Assembly: GCA_016840855.1 (NCBI GenBank)
Contig: JAEORO010000069.1
Span: 64,001-128,000, forward strand
DNA length: 64,000 bases
Source: Candidatus Thorarchaeota archaeon
GTDB lineage: Archaea; Asgardarchaeota; Thorarchaeia; Thorarchaeales; Thorarchaeaceae
Reading direction: 5' to 3'
The notes below the pieces were generated by a model that did not search any database, was not told the origin of the DNA, and was given only the letters and a program-made list of their open reading frames with translations. The position numbers and the translations under genes were made by a program. Each line of letters starts with the position of its first letter. Position 1 is the stretch's first letter. Below, in pieces: positions 58,235 to 64,000 of the stretch.

Positions 58235-58726
58235 TTGACATCACCCAGAGACACCAAGTCCAATGGAAAAAAAAGCAACAAACCGGACTTGACACTCGAG
58301 GAAGTTCAAGATAGGCTAGATGAAATCTCCAAAAGACTAGCAAGACTGGAAGAACTGATTGAAAGGGTAGGACCGGGTATCGACGAGGTGCGCAGCTCAG
58401 CTAAAATCATCCGGGAAGGGTTTGAATTCTATGATGGAATGGTTCGACTGATGAGTAAATTTACAAAAGCTGAACGCCTTGAGTCAAGATATGGAGATTT
58501 GAAGAAGGACGATATAAGCTGGAGAATAATTCAAATTCTGGACAACTCTCGTCCTCTTAATATCAGTCAAATTACAACATCAGTGAGAGCTGAAAGGGGG
58601 ACGGCTTCAAGAAGGATTGTAAGAGAACGAGTTAATGATCTTGTTAAGCGTGGAATTCTTCAAATAATCGAGGATGAAGACGACCGAGCAAGGTATTTCA
58701 CACTGATGAGGGATCAACTAGACTGA
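58235..58726 (+). CDS. Coiled-coil plus winged-helix regulator
   Basis: N-terminal heptads; LNISQIT..VRAERGTASRRIVRERVNDLVKRGIL. Confidence 0.75.
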   Translation: MTSPRDTKSNGKKSNKPDLTLEEVQDRLDEISKRLARLEELIERVGPGIDEVRSSAKIIREGFEFYDGMVRLMSKFTKAERLESRYGDLKKDDISWRIIQILDNSRPLNISQITTSVRAERGTASRRIVRERVNDLVKRGILQIIEDEDDRARYFTLMRDQLD

Positions 58727-58778
58727 GGTGGTACCTCGGAACATGCACATATGACTCCGTCTTAGTCGCAATCTATAT

Positions 58779-60050
58779 TCACAAAGCTGCACCATTGTCT
58801 TGTTTTAGCAACGATTTGATGAATAAATCAAGTCGCCAATAGTAGAATTCATGTTCGCGATATTGAAACTTAAGTAGAGTCCAGATTAGTAAGATTTGTG
58901 AAACCAAAGCAACTGTGTAGACAACTGCAGCGATGTACCAATCGATTGTCAGAACTTGCATTGCCCTGAAGACCCATACTGATTGATAGAGTAGAGAGAA
59001 TGATATGAGATAGGCTACGAAGAGGATAGTTACTCCATTCTTGTTTTCCAGTCCATCATAGAATCGCATGAAAATGATAATGACAAAGACAAGGAAGAAG
59101 GGCACATAGAACGAGAATGATTTCTTGCTAATCAACATATAAACAAGTGAAAATAGAACAATTGTTGCCTCCGGACTGAGATAATGTAGTCTATTAGACG
59201 TCATGAAAAGAAGTGCAAGAGTGAAGAGGCATACAAGCACTATGATATGAGGTAGATACCAAGGAATACTTAGTCCAATCGCGTCAAATATCACCCACGG
59301 GTTTGCCCCTACTGGATAATATCCAGCTTCAGCCGTAAATGGCATCAGAACATCAGCGCCTAATGCTATAAATGGCAGATATCCAATAAGTATCAGACCC
59401 AGCGTGAGAAAACCATTACGAATGGGTTTCTTCATCAGCAGAAATAGGGGTATGAAGAAGACTAGTATCAGGAACTTTGTGACCAAGAAACCAAGCCCCA
59501 TGAAAATAGCAGCTTTCCATTCTTGGTTTCGATGAATCAGTAGCATTGAGAGAATAATGAAGAAGGCGGAGATCACTTCATCCTGATTCCAAAAAGTGAT
59601 GAAAACCCATGTGAGTGGAACGTAGGAATAAATCCAATAGTACATGTGTTTGTACTTTATATTCCATGTTTCAGAAACGTAAATGCCACCAATAATCAAT
59701 GTTAGGAAATCAAAGACGACGAATAGCGATAGTACAGATACAGGTTGATTGTAAACCAAGTATGGTAGTGAAATCAAATATGGGAAATATGGAGAATAAT
59801 GGCTTTCGAAATCAAGATACGGCATGTTTCCCTGTATGACTTGATTTGCTTGATACCCAAAAATGTTATTCAAGTCGCCAGTTCCATGATGTCCAGCAAC
59901 ACCGAACCAATAAACTATAGAGAGTACTCTTGTCACGATAAAGCCAATCGCTAGTATGAGATAATACCTCTTCTTGTCAATCTTCTCAAAATCAATCGAA
60001 ACTAGTCCTATGAAAAGAATGAGTATTGTTCCAAAAACCATAAGGAGCAT
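58779..60050 (-). CDS. GT-C fold (GT87-like) polytopic glycosyltransferase
   Basis: GNMPYLDFESHYSP, NQDE, GLGFLVTKF; ~11 TM. Confidence 0.7.
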   Translation of the reverse strand: MLLMVFGTILILFIGLVSIDFEKIDKKRYYLILAIGFIVTRVLSIVYWFGVAGHHGTGDLNNIFGYQANQVIQGNMPYLDFESHYSPYFPYLISLPYLVYNQPVSVLSLFVVFDFLTLIIGGIYVSETWNIKYKHMYYWIYSYVPLTWVFITFWNQDEVISAFFIILSMLLIHRNQEWKAAIFMGLGFLVTKFLILVFFIPLFLLMKKPIRNGFLTLGLILIGYLPFIALGADVLMPFTAEAGYYPVGANPWVIFDAIGLSIPWYLPHIIVLVCLFTLALLFMTSNRLHYLSPEATIVLFSLVYMLISKKSFSFYVPFFLVFVIIIFMRFYDGLENKNGVTILFVAYLISFSLLYQSVWVFRAMQVLTIDWYIAAVVYTVALVSQILLIWTLLKFQYREHEFYYWRLDLFIKSLLKQDNGAAL

Positions 60051-60355
60051 TGAATTACTGAATATTGTCGTTGTTTTTCACTCCACATTGAGGTCTATCT
60101 ATTAGATGCAGAACTTCATAGAATCGCTTTTGAGCAAAGTCATGTTTCTTCAACGGGGACGAATTCCTTGTATAAGTTCTTTCCCATAGAAACTTTTGAA
60201 ACCACATAATGAGGTATTAGATGAACACAAATCCTTTCTCAAACAACCTCTAGAGAGAGAATTATTTCCTAAGTTACTAAGTCAGATACTGATACCATTA
60301 ATCTTCGTTTCACTTGTTTGCTCCTACATGTACTTTACATGGTGGTAACTCTGCA

Positions 60356-60396
60356 AAGTGGTCACTTATTTCCACTTTATATATAGTCAGTGACCA
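60356..60396 (+). promoter_or_regulatory. TATA box (TTTATATA) bracketed by the inverted repeat TGGTCACT-N22-AGTGACCA
   Basis: Seen directly ~30-60 bp upstream of ATG 60423. Confidence 0.55.
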
Positions 60397-60422
60397 GTCA
60401 ATAATATACATAGTGAAAGAAA

Positions 60423-60851
60423 ATGAGTAACGATTACGACGAAGATCCAAAGTCAAAATCCAAAACAAAACCAAGACCAGGTGATGAAAGAAGACATCAA
60501 AAGAGTGATGCTCAGGAGCTTAAAGAAGTCGCAGAGGCGCTTCCTGAACTCTTTCAAGCTCTCAACGATGCTATTCCCAAGTTGATTTCTGGTTTAATTG
60601 GCAGTGTCTACAGTCCCGATGCTGCTGGTAATATGGCAACAGGTATTGGTAAGTTCTATAGTAATTTAATAGCTGAGGGAATCCCAGAGGATGTAGCTCT
60701 TGACATGACCAAAAAGTTTGTTGGAGCTTTAGACTTCACTAAGTTGATGAGTATGATGGGCGATGAGACGACGGTTGAAATCAAAGGTAAGAGAATGAAA
60801 AAACGCGATTTTGATGAATACGATGACGAGGATGAAGAGGAGTCTGAATAG
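60423..60851 (+). CDS. Hypothetical protein (FYxxLxxxGIPxxxA motif)
   Basis: KFYSNLIAEGIPEDVALDMT; acidic C-terminal tail. Confidence 0.75.
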   Translation: MSNDYDEDPKSKSKTKPRPGDERRHQKSDAQELKEVAEALPELFQALNDAIPKLISGLIGSVYSPDAAGNMATGIGKFYSNLIAEGIPEDVALDMTKKFVGALDFTKLMSMMGDETTVEIKGKRMKKRDFDEYDDEDEEESE

Positions 60852-60853
60852 TA

Positions 60854-61147
60854 ATGGGAACAGTGAGATCCATTGCTTCCATGACTGGAACAGCTATTGG
60901 CGGTGGGTCAAAACTCCTATTCAAAACATGGTGGTCACTTCGTAAAGGAAAAGTTGAAGTCAAAAAGGGAGCTAAGGTTTTTTATAAGACACTTAGACAA
61001 AACGGTATTCCGCAAGAAGAAGCAAGGCAAATCACCATAGCATTCGCAAAACCAGCATGGGAAATCCTCAGTATTAGAGGAATATTCAGAGTGGTCAGAG
61101 AGTTCGATGAAGATAATGAGATACCTGTGATGCCTTTCGGTTTCTGA
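60854..61147 (+). CDS. Hypothetical protein (same FYxxLxxxGIPxxxA motif)
   Basis: VFYKTLRQNGIPQEEARQIT; 2 nt after the preceding gene. Confidence 0.7.
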   Translation: MGTVRSIASMTGTAIGGGSKLLFKTWWSLRKGKVEVKKGAKVFYKTLRQNGIPQEEARQITIAFAKPAWEILSIRGIFRVVREFDEDNEIPVMPFGF

Positions 61148-61193
61148 TTTAATTATTGGCTTTGTGAAATATATTCGTATATCAATGATTAGA

Positions 61194-61667
61194 CTATTTC
61201 ACAACAAGAACAGGACCAAGGGCACCATTCACCACTCGTTCGGTGATACTGCCTATACCGGATCTCGATAATCCATCTAAGCCCTCAGAACCAATTACTA
61301 TTAGGTCGACACCTAGATTTTGAGCCTGAGCGATGATTCTCTCACTAGGAGACCCCTTATCAAGAATTAGCTCAACTTCAATGTTGTATTCTTTGGACGC
61401 AAGTTTGGTGCCATCAAGCATTTTTTGCCCTTTTATTTCATATTTTCTTATAGCTTCATCGAAAGCTGTGTTTGACATTAACGAGAATTGTTGTACGACA
61501 GATGTAGGGACAACATGAATGATGTAGAGCTTTGACTTTGTCATTTCAGCTACCTCGAAAGCAACTGTAGCCGCTCGAGCTGAACCTTGACTACCATCAA
61601 TAGCTAGCATGACTTTGTTAGCACTACAAAAAATATGTCCTGGTGCACAATATAGAACGTCGGCCAT
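61194..61667 (-). CDS. Universal stress protein
   Basis: MLAIDGS, G.P..RII..A....DLIVIGS.G, GSITERVV...GPVLVVK. Confidence 0.9.
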   Translation of the reverse strand: MADVLYCAPGHIFCSANKVMLAIDGSQGSARAATVAFEVAEMTKSKLYIIHVVPTSVVQQFSLMSNTAFDEAIRKYEIKGQKMLDGTKLASKEYNIEVELILDKGSPSERIIAQAQNLGVDLIVIGSEGLDGLSRSGIGSITERVVNGALGPVLVVK

Positions 61668-61788
61668 AGAGAATCTCAGTGCATGTTCATTATAATTAAC
61701 TTGTGTTTTGGTCCTTCAGTGCATAGGTTTAATTTCATCCTATGATTCATACACTATACAATGTTAATTCCATGGAGGAGAGTCGACA

Positions 61789-63156
61789 TTGACAGTTGCA
61801 GATATTTATGAATACCATGAAAAAAAGAAGTTTCCAAGCCATAAGGGAGCAATCGCAGGGCTCCTTATTGTCTTTGGAGGTTTCATAGCATTAGGAGTCT
61901 ATGCTCTATATATGATCTTAGATAGTCTGACCGGAATCATCACTAGTTTCTTGCCACTTTTGGCTGGTAACATGTGGTTGATAGGTGCAGCACTCCTAGG
62001 AATAATTGGTCTTAGCTTAGCCATGGGTCTTCTTGCATCTCTTGCTGCAAGACGTTTGGGAGGAACATTGATCACCATTGGTGCACTTTTCATGAACATC
62101 CTAACATGGGGAATAGTCATTTTCCTGCTCGCTACTGGCATTCTATCTATATCACAAGTTGGTGAATGGTGGCCAATTATGATACCAGGTTTGATAACGC
62201 TATTCATCACCCTTCTTCTCTTCACGGTTTTTCGAGACAGAATCAGAAGAGCTGGAGAGATAATCAAACTGACTGGACAAGTGACCCTAGATGAGAAAGG
62301 AACCTTTATCCCACCATTGTTGACAATGATTTTCACTCTTGTTTCAGCTATATTATTTGCAAGTATTTTAGCCTACTTTATGCCTCAGGTCCTTGAGCTG
62401 GATTATGTGTTTACTCCTGAGAGAGACTGGCCATATGCTATTGGTGTGGTTGTCTATCTATTTGTAACAATTTTCTTTTACAACTTTGCTTATTCGACTA
62501 CTTCAGCTATCACATACATTTACATGCGCGGCCGAGATCCAACCCTTGGAGATGGTGTAAGATCCTCGCTCGGAGTTCTTGGTGCGCTTGTTGTGTTAAG
62601 TATCATGAGCGTAATTATTGCTATAGTCAGGCTTGCCATCAGAGGTGCTGCTAGTAGATCTCAGAGCGCGATTGGGAGAGGAGTTGGATATGCAGCCGAG
62701 GGTATCATTGGTTGGGTATGGGCGCTAGTCAATTACTTCACAATCCCAGCTATGGTTGCGGAAGAGTTGAGTGCAACTAAAGCCATCAAAAGAAGCGCGG
62801 GTTTAGTCCGTAAGAACTTCGTTGATGTGCTTATCAAAGAAACAGCTGTAAGGTGGGCCTTTGGTGTTCTAGCATTTATGATCTTCTTTGGTTTTGCAGC
62901 TTTTGGGGCATTGTTCGGATGGATCTATTCTAATGGAGATATCATGATCACAATTGTCATGACTATGGTGTTCGTAGTCTTTGCATCGATACCTAGCACT
63001 CTTGTCTTGCGTACATTCGACATTGTCTATGTAACACTACTTTATGTCTTCATCAGACGCAAAGAGGGTGAAATTACTGGCAAGACAGCTATTCCTTCAT
63101 CCCTGAACCAAGAACTTGACAGAGCATACACTAGAGCACAACGAAGTGAGGAATAG
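61789..63156 (+). CDS. Polytopic membrane protein, choline-transporter-like (SLC44/CTL or DUF6159-related)
   Basis: ~10 TM; RIRRAGEIIK...FIPP; VNYFTIPAMVAEELSATKAIKRSAGLVRKN. Confidence 0.55.
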   Translation: MTVADIYEYHEKKKFPSHKGAIAGLLIVFGGFIALGVYALYMILDSLTGIITSFLPLLAGNMWLIGAALLGIIGLSLAMGLLASLAARRLGGTLITIGALFMNILTWGIVIFLLATGILSISQVGEWWPIMIPGLITLFITLLLFTVFRDRIRRAGEIIKLTGQVTLDEKGTFIPPLLTMIFTLVSAILFASILAYFMPQVLELDYVFTPERDWPYAIGVVVYLFVTIFFYNFAYSTTSAITYIYMRGRDPTLGDGVRSSLGVLGALVVLSIMSVIIAIVRLAIRGAASRSQSAIGRGVGYAAEGIIGWVWALVNYFTIPAMVAEELSATKAIKRSAGLVRKNFVDVLIKETAVRWAFGVLAFMIFFGFAAFGALFGWIYSNGDIMITIVMTMVFVVFASIPSTLVLRTFDIVYVTLLYVFIRRKEGEITGKTAIPSSLNQELDRAYTRAQRSEE

Positions 63157-63167
63157 TTTGAATATCT

Positions 63168-63206
63168 GTGTGATGGTAGAAAAACCATCACACCTCTATT
63201 ATTTTT
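63168..63206 (+). terminator. Hairpin terminator
   Basis: GTGTGATGGT-N6-ACCATCACAC followed by a T-rich tract. Confidence 0.6.
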
Positions 63207-63267
63207 AACAACATATAATTCAGAAGAGTCTAAAGCAATCTACAAGACAAACCAGTAGGTGAAATTG

Positions 63268-64000
63268 ATGGATCCTAAAATCGCATCAGCAAATGCTTTA
63301 GAATCAGTGCTTGAGGCAAGTCCAGGCGAATCGATTCTTATTGTCACAGATGATGTTCGTAAAGATGTAGCTCATGCATTCGCAGAGGGAGCTCTGAGCA
63401 TAGGACTTTGGACACGGATGGTTGTTTTAGAAGCAAAACCTAACGAGTTTCGCAAGGAGATACCTCAACATCTTGTCGAGATGATAAATTCGCACAACCC
63501 CCCTGATATCTACATCAACATTCTGAGAGGAATAACTGAAGAAACTCCATTTCGAATCAAAATCATAAACTTAGAAACTAGGAAAGGTCGGTCTAGACTG
63601 GGTCACTGTCCAGGAATAGAGATGGATATGTTGACAGAGGGAGCTTTGTCCTTAACTCGAGAAGAAAATGCAGAGATGCAACGCAGAGCAAAATCGCTGC
63701 TAGCTCTTCTCCAAGATGTGGATTCCGTCCATGTAACTTCTCCGTCTGGTTCGGATTTTACAATAAGTGTGAAGGGACGTACCTGGTTTAGTGACACCTA
63801 TCTCAATTGGAAAGATATGAAATGGATGAACCTCCCGACAGGTGAAGTACTCATCGGACCAGTGGAAAACTCAATGCAAGGCATTCTGGTCTGCGACCTT
63901 GCTGTAGGAGGATACGGTCCACTTAGCAAGCCAATCAAAATCGAAACTAGTGCTGGAAAGGTCACGAAACTTGAGAGTGCGGACAAGGAAGTACTCAGGG
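63268..64000 (+). CDS. Aminopeptidase (M29/aminopeptidase T-like), truncated at the window end
   Basis: Hand-translated MDPKIASANALESVLEASPGESILIVTD...GHCPGI...SPSGSDF...NLPTGEV; AGGTGA SD. Confidence 0.8.
   Translation, partial: MDPKIASANALESVLEASPGESILIVTDDVRKDVAHAFAEGALSIGLWTRMVVLEAKPNEFRKEIPQHLVEMINSHNPPDIYINILRGITEETPFRIKIINLETRKGRSRLGHCPGIEMDMLTEGALSLTREENAEMQRRAKSLLALLQDVDSVHVTSPSGSDFTISVKGRTWFSDTYLNWKDMKWMNLPTGEVLIGPVENSMQGILVCDLAVGGYGPLSKPIKIETSAGKVTKLESADKEVLR

Noticed and set aside
1-64000. CRISPR arrays, tRNA/rRNA, transposases, integrases
   Set aside because: No regularly spaced repeats, cloverleaf signatures or mobile-element ORFs were seen by eye; tRNAscan-SE and cmscan would be needed to exclude small RNAs

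Overview
Archaeal genomic window. Topo VI A/B, CofE, archaeal GTPBP1, an RpoM/TFS-like protein, TATA boxes and GGTGA/GGAGG ribosome-binding motifs, together with bacterial-type grpE-dnaK-dnaJ, best fit an Asgard archaeon, most likely Thorarchaeota (inference). It holds about 50 densely packed genes, mainly housekeeping, chaperone and peptide-catabolism genes, including four large membrane-anchored subtilisin (S8) proteases. I saw no rRNA, tRNA, CRISPR array or mobile element. The most striking unannotated feature is the apparent ~1 kb gap (10849-11838) upstream of an MFS transporter. On the minus strand it is tiled almost end to end by 22-51 aa micro-ORFs. Three share a T-Q-A-[IL]-x-x-A-[YF] motif conserved at protein level, and several are chained by Shine-Dalgarno motifs overlapping the previous stop. 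The region also has a TATA box, palindromic operator-like sites and a double-hairpin RNA element. Other highlights: a Top6A with a ~370 aa Lys-rich/tandem-HhH N-terminal extension, an SLC44/CTL-like membrane protein, a GLUE/GRAM-like split PH protein, a TFS-like protein lacking its catalytic C-terminal ribbon, and a switch-like leader with a coupled uORF in front of the largest protease.
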